Below the pieces are notes generated by a model. It was not told the DNA's origin and ran no database searches. It saw only the letters and a list, made by a program, of their open reading frames with translations. The translations under genes were made by a program, and so were the position numbers. Source: Patescibacteria group bacterium (GTDB lineage: Bacteria > Patescibacteriota > Minisyncoccia > UBA6257 > GWB1-50-10). Taken from it: a stretch of DNA of 64,000 nt. Where the stretch lies: the NCBI GenBank assembly GCA_040757555.1, contig JBFLWN010000006.1:5748-69747 (forward strand), in the 5' to 3' direction. Shown one piece after another: positions 20,518 to 29,882 of this stretch (positions are counted from its first letter, which is position 1; every line of letters starts with the position of its first letter).

Positions 20518-20565
20518 AAAGAAAGTAATAAACAATTTTACAATAATAAATAGGAAAGATTGGAA

Positions 20566-20835
20566 ATGAAACCATTAAATTTTCTTACGTCTTTTGCTAC
20601 CGCGTTGTTTTTATCAACATCTTTGATACCGGGAATTTACTCTCAATCAACGACACAATTCATGATGTCCTTGCTACTCGTGCTCGGACTCATTGCGTTT
20701 AAAAAAACAATGTCCCCCACCTTTGTTGATTTCAACAGTAAGGGGGCGGGATACGCATTTGGAATATTTGCCGGAGTTTTCTCCTTTGCAATGGGAGAAA
20801 TATTCTATTATTCGTATTTTCTCCCGGCAAACTAA
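20566..20835 (+). CDS. Small hypothetical membrane protein (3 TM)
   Basis: Hydrophobic ORF with its own promoter and terminator. Confidence 0.7.
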   Translation: MKPLNFLTSFATALFLSTSLIPGIYSQSTTQFMMSLLLVLGLIAFKKTMSPTFVDFNSKGAGYAFGIFAGVFSFAMGEIFYYSYFLPAN

Positions 20836-20845
20836 AACATTTCAA

Positions 20846-20875
20846 CGCCCCTCTTCGGAGGGGTGCTTCTTTTTT
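20846..20875 (+). terminator. Intrinsic terminator with UUCG loop
   Basis: CGCCCCTC-TTCG-GAGGGGTG followed by a T-rich tail. Confidence 0.75.
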
Positions 20876-20954
20876 AAAATCACACTTCTATTTGACAACG
20901 ATGCGAGCTGGATGAGATACTACGATTAGTTCTAAAACAACTTTAGGGTGAAAA

Positions 20955-21245
20955 ATGGAAAAAATACAAAAAGGAATCGTCGCAAGTATATTGCTGTTTT
21001 TCTTAATAATCGGTTCTCATCTCCTTTTTGAGATACAATTTTCTATAGGCTTTCCGGTAATAATTCTCCTTGCTTCAGGAGTAAGCTCGACAGTGATACA
21101 ATGGAGAGAAGGAAAACCTCTTGTTGAACAGCGAGATTTTGAAGTAATAGTGTTTATAATAAGCAATATTATTCTTCTTTGTGTATCGATGTTCGTGATT
21201 TTTTATATCTTTGGGTATCCCCTATTTCCTCCGCAAAAATATTAA
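20955..21245 (+). CDS. Small hypothetical membrane protein (3 TM)
   Basis: 96-aa hydrophobic ORF; TTGACA at 20892; hairpin at 21244-21267. Confidence 0.7.
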   Translation: MEKIQKGIVASILLFFLIIGSHLLFEIQFSIGFPVIILLASGVSSTVIQWREGKPLVEQRDFEVIVFIISNIILLCVSMFVIFYIFGYPLFPPQKY

Positions 21246-21312
21246 CCCGCCAAACTGCGGGTTTTTTGTTTGAACTTTTTACTTTTTACCACTAACTTGA
21301 TAAACTGATTTT

Positions 21313-22296
21313 ATGAATCCAATTCTTGTTTCCGGCATACAACCCACAGGAAAACTTCACATAGGAAACTACCTCGGTGCGCTCAAGAATTTTGTGGAAC
21401 TTCAAAATTCTGGAACATACGAATGTTTTTTCTTTGTCGCAGATCTCCACTCACTCACCGAAAATTTCGATCCAAAAGAAAAAAGAGTACAAATCAATGA
21501 TGTTATTCTCTCATTTCTCGCCGCAGGACTCGATCTAAAGAGATCAACCATATTTGTACAATCAGAAATATCCGAACACTCGGAACTTGCATGGATTTTG
21601 AGCACCATTACTCCAATGGGAGAATTGTCGCGCATGACACAGTTTAAAGACAAGTCTGAATCAGCAACACAAAATATAAACGTTGGGTTATTTAGCTATC
21701 CAACGCTCATGGCATCGGATATCATCCTCTATGACGCAAAATTTGTGCCCGTAGGAAACGACCAGGACCAACACTTGGAATTAGCGCGTACGCTCGCAAG
21801 AAAATTCAATTCAAAATTTGGGAAAACATTCATAGAGCCCCAAGCACTTCATACTGAAATCCCCCGCCTTATGAGCTTGGATGATCCGGAAAAGAAAATG
21901 TCCAAATCTCGCCCCGAAGGATGTCTCTTTTTGGACGATGAACCGGAAGTAATTCGCAAAAAAATAAAACGTGCGGTTACCGATTCGGGAAGTGAGATAA
22001 AATTCGACGAAAAAGAAAAACCCGCAATTTCAAATCTCCTCCTTATTTATTCGGCGTTTAGCGGAAAAACAATAAAACAAATTGAAAAACTATATATTGG
22101 GAAGGGATATGGAGAATTTAAATTGGATCTCGCTGAGGTGGTGATTGAAGGACTCGCTCCATTCCAAAAGAAAAAAACAGAACTGAAGAAAAAACTTCCT
22201 CAAATATTGAAAGATATCGAAAGGGGAAATAAAAAAACAAAAACAGTCGCATCTAAAAAGATGTTGGAAATAAAGAAAAAAGTCGGATTAATATAA
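21313..22296 (+). CDS. trpS: Tryptophan--tRNA ligase
   Basis: SGIQPTGKLHIGNYLGA, VPVGNDQDQHLE, KMSKS. Confidence 0.98.
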   Translation: MNPILVSGIQPTGKLHIGNYLGALKNFVELQNSGTYECFFFVADLHSLTENFDPKEKRVQINDVILSFLAAGLDLKRSTIFVQSEISEHSELAWILSTITPMGELSRMTQFKDKSESATQNINVGLFSYPTLMASDIILYDAKFVPVGNDQDQHLELARTLARKFNSKFGKTFIEPQALHTEIPRLMSLDDPEKKMSKSRPEGCLFLDDEPEVIRKKIKRAVTDSGSEIKFDEKEKPAISNLLLIYSAFSGKTIKQIEKLYIGKGYGEFKLDLAEVVIEGLAPFQKKKTELKKKLPQILKDIERGNKKTKTVASKKMLEIKKKVGLI

Positions 22297-22303
22297 GACT
22301 ACC

Positions 22304-22462
22304 ATGACCAATAAATACGAATTCCCGGGAACAGAAGAAGAGGAAGAAAAATTAGAGGGAGTTATTGTGGATGAAAAAGGAAGTGTAGAAACTCAAGAGG
22401 GATGGAATGAAGAATTAAAAAGAAGAAAAGAAGATCCTAATTGGTGGAGAGAAGAAAAATAA
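22304..22462 (+). CDS. Small acidic hypothetical protein (52 aa), absent from the ORF track
   Basis: MTNKYEFPGTEEEEEKLEGVIVDEKGSVETQEGWNEELKRRKEDPNWWREEK; fills the gap between trpS and the terminator. Confidence 0.65.
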   Translation: MTNKYEFPGTEEEEEKLEGVIVDEKGSVETQEGWNEELKRRKEDPNWWREEK

Positions 22463-22464
22463 AT

Positions 22465-22490
22465 AAAAACAGCCCCGAGGGGCTGTTTTT
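22465..22490. terminator. Bidirectional terminator
   Basis: AAAAACAGCCCC-GA-GGGGCTGTTTTT between convergent genes. Confidence 0.8.
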
Positions 22491-25400
22491 ATTTATTTTT
22501 CTTTATCGCAACTTTCATCGGCCACTCATCTATTTTGGTATCTATCTCCGCATGCAATATTTTTGGTTTCGAGAAAAGAATATTTTTCGCGTTTACTAAT
22601 TTCTTAAATTCAGTGTTCCATTTTGTTATCACAAACTTCAACTCCTCTGATGTTTCAATATATAACTCAATTACATCCTTTGGTTGTAATTTTGCGTCCT
22701 GACGTAAATCCTGAACAATCCTCGTAAGTTCGCGTAGCCACCCCTCTTCTTTTAATTCGTGGGTAATTACCGTATCGAGCACCATGTGGTCGTTTGTCTT
22801 CTCGGAAAAAATCACCTCTTTCACATTTATTTCATCTTTCAAAATATCAAGATACGCGTGTTTTCCTTTTAATAGCGATGTTTTTGAGTTGAGAGTAACC
22901 GAGGTAAGTGGTTGGCGCACCTTAATTCCTAACTCCGCACGTTTCGCAAGTGCGAGACTCGCCACAGCACGTACTTCATCCATACATGCAAATAAATCTT
23001 TATCAATAAACTTCTTTTGTGCTGTTGGCCACTCATCCAAGTGCACGGAAAGTTTTTTTCCGATAAGTGACTGATAGAGCGCCTCCGTAAAAAATGGGGT
23101 AAGCGGTGCCATAAGTTTACTTATTTCGAGAAGGACAAATCCAAGTACGCGTGTGGCGATTTCATAATCTTTCTTATTCTCGGGTTTTTGGAATCGCTTT
23201 CGTGAGCGTCGGATATACCACCTCGAAAGATCATCAACAAACGATTCGATTGCCTTTCCTGCGCTTCCGATATCATATGTTTCAAACCCCACTGTCGCCT
23301 TCTCGGTTGTTTCTGCAAATCTCCCCAATATCCACTTGTCGAGAAGCGGAAGGGACGCGGGAAGTGTTTTGTTTTTTACTTTTGCCCCATAAAGGTCGAA
23401 AAACACAAATGAATTATAGAGAAGTGAAAAAAGCTGGCGGGAAACCTTTCCGAGTTCCATTTCGTCAAAACGCTTTGATTCCCCCGGAGGATTTGTAGTA
23501 TAAAAATACCATCGTGCCGCATCGATACCATATTTTTTTATCATGTCCCACGGATCGACGATATTTCCTTTTGATTTGGACATTTTCTGCCCGTTCTTAT
23601 CGAGAATAAGCCCCGAAGAAATAACATTTTTAAACGGCGTCCCCTTTCCGGTAAGCACCCCAATTGCAAGAAGTGTATAAAACCATCCACGTGTTTGATC
23701 AATTCCTTCGGAGATATAATCCGCAGGGTAGGCAAGTTTATTTTTTTTATCGAATGGATAATGTGATTGTGCAAATGGCATTGCACCCGAATCAAACCAT
23801 ACATCAACTACTTCGGGTATTCGTTTCATAACTCCCTTGCATTTTTTACAAGGAAACTTAAATTCGTCGATAAATGGACGATGCAAGTCGAGTGATCCGG
23901 TCGCATCCCGCGGAACGTTTTTCATCATTCCCTTCTCGAATCCGGCATTTCTTATATAATCAAATCCTCTTTTTTCCTTTTCAATTAATTGATCTTCTGT
24001 GGACCATCCGCTGATAATGGAGTGGAGCATGTAGACGGGCCCATCGTGCGTCACCACAAGGATTGTTTTGTTTTTATATTTCTTTTCTGTCTCAATAAGA
24101 AATTCAAATAAACGTTTTCGCAAATCCGTATGATTTTCCCCATTCGGCATTCGTTTTGTGAATTTCTCTAAACGTGAACTATAATACGGCTGAAACGACT
24201 CATATTTTTTTCCATTGAAATCCCCAAAGTTGAATTCCCGAAGTCGCGCATCAAAGATGACCTTATCCTTAAATCCGACAATTTCCTTTACGGTCTCGGC
24301 GGTTTGTTTTGTTCGTGTTATATCCGAAGCAAAAATCATGTCTATTTTTTCTTTCTTCAGTATGCGCGCAGTTTTTTCCACCTGCGTTCTTCCCAAAAGT
24401 GTAAGTGGCAACTTCACCGGTTCGGGCCAACAATTCAACAAATGTTTTGTGTTATTCTCTGCCTGCCCATGACGCATAAAAATATACCGATTTGTCCCCC
24501 CTCCCAACGCCTCCTTAAACTCATCAACGCTCCCCACCACTCTCCGTGCCTCACATGAATCACACTCCCAGATTGGAAGTGGGGTGCCCCAATACCGTTC
24601 ACGAGATATTGCCCAATCTTTTACCTCACGAATCCATTCACCAAACCTTCCCTCTTTTAGATGACTGGGAACCCAATTTATTTTTTTGTTTTCAGTAATA
24701 AGTTTTTCCCTCAATGCACTCATCCCAATAAACCACGAACTGCGCGCATAATAGAGGAGCGCGGAATTGCAACGCCAGCAAAATGGATATTCGTGCTTAT
24801 ATTTTTCGGTTCGCAAGAAAAAATTCTTCTTTCTCAATGATTCAAATATTTTTTCATCTGTGTTTGGATTTTTTGCGGGCAATCCGGAAAATTCCTCAAT
24901 TTCTTCCACAAATCTTCCTTGTTCGTTCACTGTGTGGTATTCGGGTAGTCCAATTTTTTTCCCAAGCACATAATCATCCTCTCCATACATAACTGCAGTG
25001 TGCACCACACCAGTTCCGTCTGTTGTGGTAACAAAATCCGCAGCATATACTTTATAAGCTTTTTCTTTAGGGTCTATTTTTTTGATCGCGGGTATTTTGA
25101 ATAACGGCTCATACAAAAGCCCCACAAGATCTTTTCCTTTTATTTTTTCGATTTCGGTATATCCAATTTCGAGAATCGACAATCGCGGGGTTGCGAGAAT
25201 ATACGTTTCGGATATTTTTCCCTCTTTTATCGCCACAATCGAATAATCGACGTGTGGAGCGATTGCAAGCGCAATGTTTCCAGGAAGCGTCCATGGCGTG
25301 GTCGTCCAAGAAAGAATATAGGTATGTGGTCCCACTATTCTTTTTCCGATTTTCTGTTTTTCTTTTAATTTGAATTTCAAGTACACAGAGTTTTCCTCAA

Positions 25401-25995
25401 CCTCACGATACCCAAGTGCCAATTCGTGCGATGAGAGTCCAGTGCCACACCGAGGACACCACGGAACTACTTTGTGTCCACGGTATAATAATTTTTTTTC
25501 TGCAGTTGATTTAAAAATCCACCACAGTGTTTCTATATATGAGTTTTGATACGGAATATATGGGTCTTTGAGATCAAGCCAAAACCCCATTCGTTTGGTA
25601 AGCCTTTCCCACTCATCCTTATATTTCCACACCGATTCTTTGCATTTTTGGTTGAATTCGGCAATCCCAAATTTTTCAATCTCTTTTTTTGAGGAAAGGC
25701 CAAGTTGTTTTTCAACCTCAAGCTCAACGGGTAACCCATGCACATCCCACCCCCCTTTTCGCGGAACTACATATCCACGCATGGTTTTATATCGCAACAC
25801 CACATCCTTAAATGAGCGCGAAAGAACATGATGAATTCCCGGTTTTCCATTTGCTGTTGGGGGACCTTCATAAAAAACAAATTTTTTCCCCTTGTTTTTT
25901 GTAAGCGAGCGCTTAAAAATATCGTGTGCGTCCCAAAAATCAAGGACTTTTTCTTCGACGTCAGGAAGTGAAAATTTATCTAATCGTTTAAGCAT
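22489..25995 (-). CDS. ileS: Isoleucine--tRNA ligase (type 2-like) with inserted histidine phosphatase domain
   Basis: YEGPPTANGKPGIHH, WTTTPWTLP, DWAISRERYWGTP, EGIDQTRGWF, KMSKS; insert carries MRHG...LREFNFG...VVTH. Confidence 0.95.
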   Translation of the reverse strand: MLKRLDKFSLPDVEEKVLDFWDAHDIFKRSLTKNKGKKFVFYEGPPTANGKPGIHHVLSRSFKDVVLRYKTMRGYVVPRKGGWDVHGLPVELEVEKQLGLSSKKEIEKFGIAEFNQKCKESVWKYKDEWERLTKRMGFWLDLKDPYIPYQNSYIETLWWIFKSTAEKKLLYRGHKVVPWCPRCGTGLSSHELALGYREVEENSVYLKFKLKEKQKIGKRIVGPHTYILSWTTTPWTLPGNIALAIAPHVDYSIVAIKEGKISETYILATPRLSILEIGYTEIEKIKGKDLVGLLYEPLFKIPAIKKIDPKEKAYKVYAADFVTTTDGTGVVHTAVMYGEDDYVLGKKIGLPEYHTVNEQGRFVEEIEEFSGLPAKNPNTDEKIFESLRKKNFFLRTEKYKHEYPFCWRCNSALLYYARSSWFIGMSALREKLITENKKINWVPSHLKEGRFGEWIREVKDWAISRERYWGTPLPIWECDSCEARRVVGSVDEFKEALGGGTNRYIFMRHGQAENNTKHLLNCWPEPVKLPLTLLGRTQVEKTARILKKEKIDMIFASDITRTKQTAETVKEIVGFKDKVIFDARLREFNFGDFNGKKYESFQPYYSSRLEKFTKRMPNGENHTDLRKRLFEFLIETEKKYKNKTILVVTHDGPVYMLHSIISGWSTEDQLIEKEKRGFDYIRNAGFEKGMMKNVPRDATGSLDLHRPFIDEFKFPCKKCKGVMKRIPEVVDVWFDSGAMPFAQSHYPFDKKNKLAYPADYISEGIDQTRGWFYTLLAIGVLTGKGTPFKNVISSGLILDKNGQKMSKSKGNIVDPWDMIKKYGIDAARWYFYTTNPPGESKRFDEMELGKVSRQLFSLLYNSFVFFDLYGAKVKNKTLPASLPLLDKWILGRFAETTEKATVGFETYDIGSAGKAIESFVDDLSRWYIRRSRKRFQKPENKKDYEIATRVLGFVLLEISKLMAPLTPFFTEALYQSLIGKKLSVHLDEWPTAQKKFIDKDLFACMDEVRAVASLALAKRAELGIKVRQPLTSVTLNSKTSLLKGKHAYLDILKDEINVKEVIFSEKTNDHMVLDTVITHELKEEGWLRELTRIVQDLRQDAKLQPKDVIELYIETSEELKFVITKWNTEFKKLVNAKNILFSKPKILHAEIDTKIDEWPMKVAIKKNK

Positions 25996-26017
25996 AATTA
26001 TCAATTTTAGACGAAAA

Positions 26018-26040
26018 GAAGGCTTTTTACAAAAGCCTTC
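26018..26040 (-). terminator. Hairpin between argS and ileS
   Basis: GAAGGCTTTT-TAC-AAAAGCCTTC, followed by TTTT on the minus strand. Confidence 0.6.
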
Positions 26041-26063
26041 ATTCCACACATTCCCCCCTGAGA

Positions 26064-27671
26064 TTACATGCTTTCGGGAATATTTATTCCTATTACTCTG
26101 AAAAGGTTTTCGAAAACAATTTTCGTTGCTTCGATAAGAAAAATCCTTGCTTGAAATATTTCTTCTTTTTCCCCTATTACGTGTTCTTTTTCGTAAAAAT
26201 TATGAAATGCTCGTGCAAGTTCGGTTGCATATCGCGTAAGTCGATGCACCTCAAAGTCGCTCACGCACATATCAATGATTTCGGGAAATTGTATTAATTT
26301 TCTTATCAAAAACAAGTCTTCGTTTGTGTGTAAATAACTAAGATCAATAGTGGGGTCGAGAACAAAAGTCCCTGCTTTTTCCCCAATACTTCGTGCCCGA
26401 ACATACGCATACTGCACATAATACACGGGGTTCTGCATTGATTTTTGTTTTACCGCCTCCAAATCAAAATCAATGTGGGTGGTAGGGGCGCTTGAAAGAA
26501 GTGAAAACACCACATTATCCCTTCCCACCTCATCAAGGAGTTCTTCCGTGGTGACGTATGTTCCTGCACGTTTTGACATTTTTATCACCTCATTCCCTCG
26601 TTTTACGCGTACAAATTGGTACAACAATACCTTAAATTTTTCTGAATCATATCCAAACAACTTGGTAAGTGCTTGTAATTTCGGAACGTGACCATGGTGA
26701 TTGCTTCCAAATACATCAATCACAAAATCATATCCCGATTCGAATTTCTCTTTGTGATAAGCAATATCAGAGGCAAAATATGTCGGCCTTCCATTACTCT
26801 TCACAATTACCGCCTCTCTATCCTCTAAAAACTCATCTTTCGGCGAAAACCACAGCGCTCCCTCATTCTCTTTTGTTGCCCCTTTCTTTTTTGTGATATC
26901 AATTGCCTCTTGGGTTTTTCCGGAAGAAATTAATTCGCTTTCTTTTCGAATAAGATCAAAAAGAATTCCCATTCGTTTCAAAACGCCCATATTATTTTCA
27001 AAAATATAATCGAGTCCAAATTCCGTAAGCCTCGCAACGGTAATATTTTCTTTATTTTCAAACTTCTTGAGTGCCGCGGTTACCACTTCTTCAAGATACT
27101 CCCCTTGATATCCCCCCTCGGGAAATGTAGCATCCTTTCCAAGTTTTTTTTCATACCAATACCATAACGTCTCTCCCAGTTTATCGATTTGTCCCCCCAC
27201 ATCATTATGGAGATATTCACGAAGTACTTCATACCCGCTTTCTTCGTACACGCGAGCCAAACTTTCGCCATACGGACCACCACGAGCATTTCCGATGTGG
27301 ATAGGACCGGTCGGATTTGCCGAGACATATTCAATTCTTATTTTTTTTCCACTCCCCTTTTTGTTCTGTCCATATGCACCTTTTTTTTCAAGAATATTTT
27401 TTAATTCTCCACGGAGTACGTCTTTGGAAATCCAGAAATTAATGAATCCTCCCGCTGCAATTTCGATTTTTTCAAACAATGTATTTTTTTGAAGTATTTC
27501 AATAATTTCTTTTGCAACAATAGATGGTAATTTTTTTTCTTTTTTCGCTAGAGCAAACGCGACACTCGTCGAATAGTGCCCAAATTTTCCATCTTCCTGA
27601 AACTCAATATCAAAGTGAATGTCTTCAGGAACTATGTTTTTTACTAATTTTAATATCTCCTCTTTTATCAT
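26064..27671 (-). CDS. argS: Arginine--tRNA ligase
   Basis: EYVSANPTGPIHIGNARG, KMSKRAG, NPVYYVQYAYVR. Confidence 0.97.
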   Translation of the reverse strand: MIKEEILKLVKNIVPEDIHFDIEFQEDGKFGHYSTSVAFALAKKEKKLPSIVAKEIIEILQKNTLFEKIEIAAGGFINFWISKDVLRGELKNILEKKGAYGQNKKGSGKKIRIEYVSANPTGPIHIGNARGGPYGESLARVYEESGYEVLREYLHNDVGGQIDKLGETLWYWYEKKLGKDATFPEGGYQGEYLEEVVTAALKKFENKENITVARLTEFGLDYIFENNMGVLKRMGILFDLIRKESELISSGKTQEAIDITKKKGATKENEGALWFSPKDEFLEDREAVIVKSNGRPTYFASDIAYHKEKFESGYDFVIDVFGSNHHGHVPKLQALTKLFGYDSEKFKVLLYQFVRVKRGNEVIKMSKRAGTYVTTEELLDEVGRDNVVFSLLSSAPTTHIDFDLEAVKQKSMQNPVYYVQYAYVRARSIGEKAGTFVLDPTIDLSYLHTNEDLFLIRKLIQFPEIIDMCVSDFEVHRLTRYATELARAFHNFYEKEHVIGEKEEIFQARIFLIEATKIVFENLFRVIGINIPESM

Positions 27672-27753
27672 TTCCGTATCTTAACTTTACAATAAAAAAC
27701 TTCTTCGGCAAATCTTTATATTCCTAGGGTTTGTGTTACCGTAAACATATCCA

Positions 27754-28191
27754 ATGACAATATTTTCATTAAATAAGCGGGCGGGATTTGATTACGAAAT
27801 ACTCGAAACATTCGAGGCGGGCATTGAATTAAAAGGATTTGAGGTGAAATCAATTGCAAGTGGACGCGTAAGCACTGTTGGAAGTTACGCAATTGTAAGA
27901 GGTAATGAAGTATGGGTGGTAAATCTCGACATTCCCCCTTATCAACCACAAAATACACCGGAAGGATATGATCCAAAACGAACACGCAAACTTTTGCTTC
28001 ATAAAAAAGAAATTGAGCATCTCATTGGACGCACAAAAGAAAAAGGATTGACTATTGTGCCAATAAAGATGTATAATAAGAACTCAAAAATAAAAATTGA
28101 GTTGGGCCTCGGACGAAGTAAGAAAAAATATGATAAGCGCGAAGTGATCAAAAAAAGAGAAACCGAGCGCGAAATAAGGAGATTAAGTTGA
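27754..28191 (+). CDS. smpB: SsrA-binding protein SmpB
   Basis: NKRAGFDY, EAGIELKGFEVKSI, RTRKLLLHKKEI, KKKYDKRE. Confidence 0.98.
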   Translation: MTIFSLNKRAGFDYEILETFEAGIELKGFEVKSIASGRVSTVGSYAIVRGNEVWVVNLDIPPYQPQNTPEGYDPKRTRKLLLHKKEIEHLIGRTKEKGLTIVPIKMYNKNSKIKIELGLGRSKKKYDKREVIKKRETEREIRRLS

Positions 28192-28217
28192 GAGCAGTAG
28201 ATTGAAAAATTAATTAT

Positions 28218-28536
28218 GGGGGTGCACGTATCGACAGAGATTATATGTATACATAGCAGGTCGAGCTGAATATCTCGAAAACTGTTCAACAAATTATAAC
28301 TGCCAATTTTAACGCAGTCCCCGCGCTCGCTTACGCGTAGTACGGCATCGGCCCTTCAGGTCTCATAGAGGATCACCGGTGTTATAATGAGAACCGCTCA
28401 GAGTATGGATCTACTTCGCTCCATCCTGAGTTAAATAACGCAAAGTACCATTGTTCTGAACTTTTAGTTCAAAAACTAAGCTTGTAGAATATGTATAGAT
28501 AAATTTTTGGAAGAGGGTTCAATCTCTCCACCTCCA
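28218..28536 (+). ncRNA. ssrA: tmRNA; tag (A)ANFNAVPALAYA at 28302-28340
   Basis: GGGGGTG/CACCTCC-A acceptor with G3.U pair, TCGAC after the 5' end, ATAACT-GCC resume context, lies just after smpB. Confidence 0.95.
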
Positions 28537-28549
28537 CAAATAAAACCCC

Positions 28550-28768
28550 TTAGTGGGGTTTTTGTTTTTTAACTTCTACAACAAGCGTAAATATAGAACC
28601 ACAACGACCACATTCATATCTTGTTTCTGGATAGTGAAAAACAACTGGCTTTCCACAGCACGTACGAGATTTATATGGAACTAGTTTCCCCATCAAAAGG
28701 TCTATAATTCTTTCCACTGTGGAGTGTAATTCTCTTCTTATCTCTCTAAACTTATCGTTTTTCTCCAT
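28550..28768 (-). CDS. Small Zn-ribbon protein
   Basis: TCCGKP...YECGRCGS; GGAAGGA SD; stop lies inside the hairpin at 28542-28562. Confidence 0.7.
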   Translation of the reverse strand: MEKNDKFREIRRELHSTVERIIDLLMGKLVPYKSRTCCGKPVVFHYPETRYECGRCGSIFTLVVEVKKQKPH

Positions 28769-28880
28769 TTTCCTTCCCTACTTTATTTTTGTACTAATAA
28801 AAAAATAAAACAAAACATATATTATGTCAATTACTCATAATTTATTTAAAAAAAATCCGCTGTTTTGGCGGATTTTATTT

Positions 28881-29177
28881 TTAACCACATTTTCCACAGT
28901 GTTGACCAACTCCTTCAACATAATTTTCCCGAAGATCAACGTTTGTGCCATATGTATGTTCTGTTTCGTTTCCACACACTACACAAAGCTCAATCTCGCG
29001 ACCGGTAACTTTTGGCCCATTGTTTTCAACAGAATAATTTATTCTTTCTTCAATGCATTTTTTACAGGCATATACCACCGTACAAGGCGGAACAAGGTTT
29101 TTATCATGACGCACCTCAGAAGGAACTTTTCCACAATCCATACATAGTGTAACCCCAAGAATATTTTTAGGTTCCAT
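28881..29177 (-). CDS. Small Cys-rich protein with four CxxC motifs
   Basis: CMDC, CKKC, CVVC, CGKC; AAGGAGG SD; promoter TTGACA-N17-TATTAT at 29245-29217. Confidence 0.78.
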   Translation of the reverse strand: MEPKNILGVTLCMDCGKVPSEVRHDKNLVPPCTVVYACKKCIEERINYSVENNGPKVTGREIELCVVCGNETEHTYGTNVDLRENYVEGVGQHCGKCG

Positions 29178-29280
29178 TTCTACCTCCTTCCTCTTTTTAA
29201 TAAATAAGCTGAGATTATAATATTCCCAACAATCTATAGTGTCAAAAACAAAACCCCAAGTTTTTGGGGTTTAAAATACT

Positions 29281-29724
29281 TTAATCGAGGATAAAACACT
29301 CGGCTCCATCTCGAATTTCAAATCGTTCGAGTGTCGCGCGTATTTCCGCTGTTTCTTCTTTTGAAAATAATCGATGTGCAGGATGTTTAATTGGCATTAT
29401 AACAACTCCCCCACCAATCGAAATAACTGCACTATGTGCGTTTTTTCCACGCGCAAGAATAATATCGGGGCGTACTGTATCAATCCTTTTTTGAATATGG
29501 GAAATAATTGGCGGGAGATTTGAAGACGATGTTTTCCCTATGGTCGGATTTGCGTTTGTAAAATAAATCTTGAATTTCTTGGGAGGAATAATTTCCCCGA
29601 AAAGACGTTTTCCGCTAAATGATGTTTTAAATTTCTTTTTCCAAATACCGGGGTTCCATTTTTCAAATCCTTCTTTGGCCCATGGGTTTTGAAGCACTAC
29701 GAGAAGCCTGTAAATTCTTTCCAT
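29281..29724 (-). CDS. Divergent uracil-DNA glycosylase superfamily protein
   Basis: LVVLQNP, SGKRL, YFTN, RPDIILARGKNA, KHPA are collinear with LFIGEAP, SGKLL, YITN, SPKIIATLGRFS, LHPA of the UDG at 36353. Confidence 0.7.
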   Translation of the reverse strand: MERIYRLLVVLQNPWAKEGFEKWNPGIWKKKFKTSFSGKRLFGEIIPPKKFKIYFTNANPTIGKTSSSNLPPIISHIQKRIDTVRPDIILARGKNAHSAVISIGGGVVIMPIKHPAHRLFSKEETAEIRATLERFEIRDGAECFILD

Positions 29725-29882
29725 ATCTCCACCTTATTGTTTCAAAAAACTATCAAAAGATTATCCCTTTCTCATTGTTTTGTAAATAAACAAAACACAC
29801 TTGATTTTTGGTGTATTATTGACCTTCTTCCGCTCTTCCTTTATAAACAAAGTAGTACTGAAACAAATAGGAGTGAGAGAAT

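Noticed and set aside
25996-26063. T-box riboswitch upstream of ileS
   Set aside because: The gap is only 68 nt, with one hairpin and no T-box consensus.
28513-28536. tmRNA T-loop appears to be 6 nt (TTCAAT) instead of 7
   Set aside because: A single-base difference cannot be told from an assembly error without reads; the rest of the tmRNA looks normal.
29726-29734. TCTCCACCT matching the tmRNA 3' end as a possible att site
   Set aside because: Only 9 bp, explained as the SD (AGGTGGAGA) of the 29724 gene, and no integrase is present.
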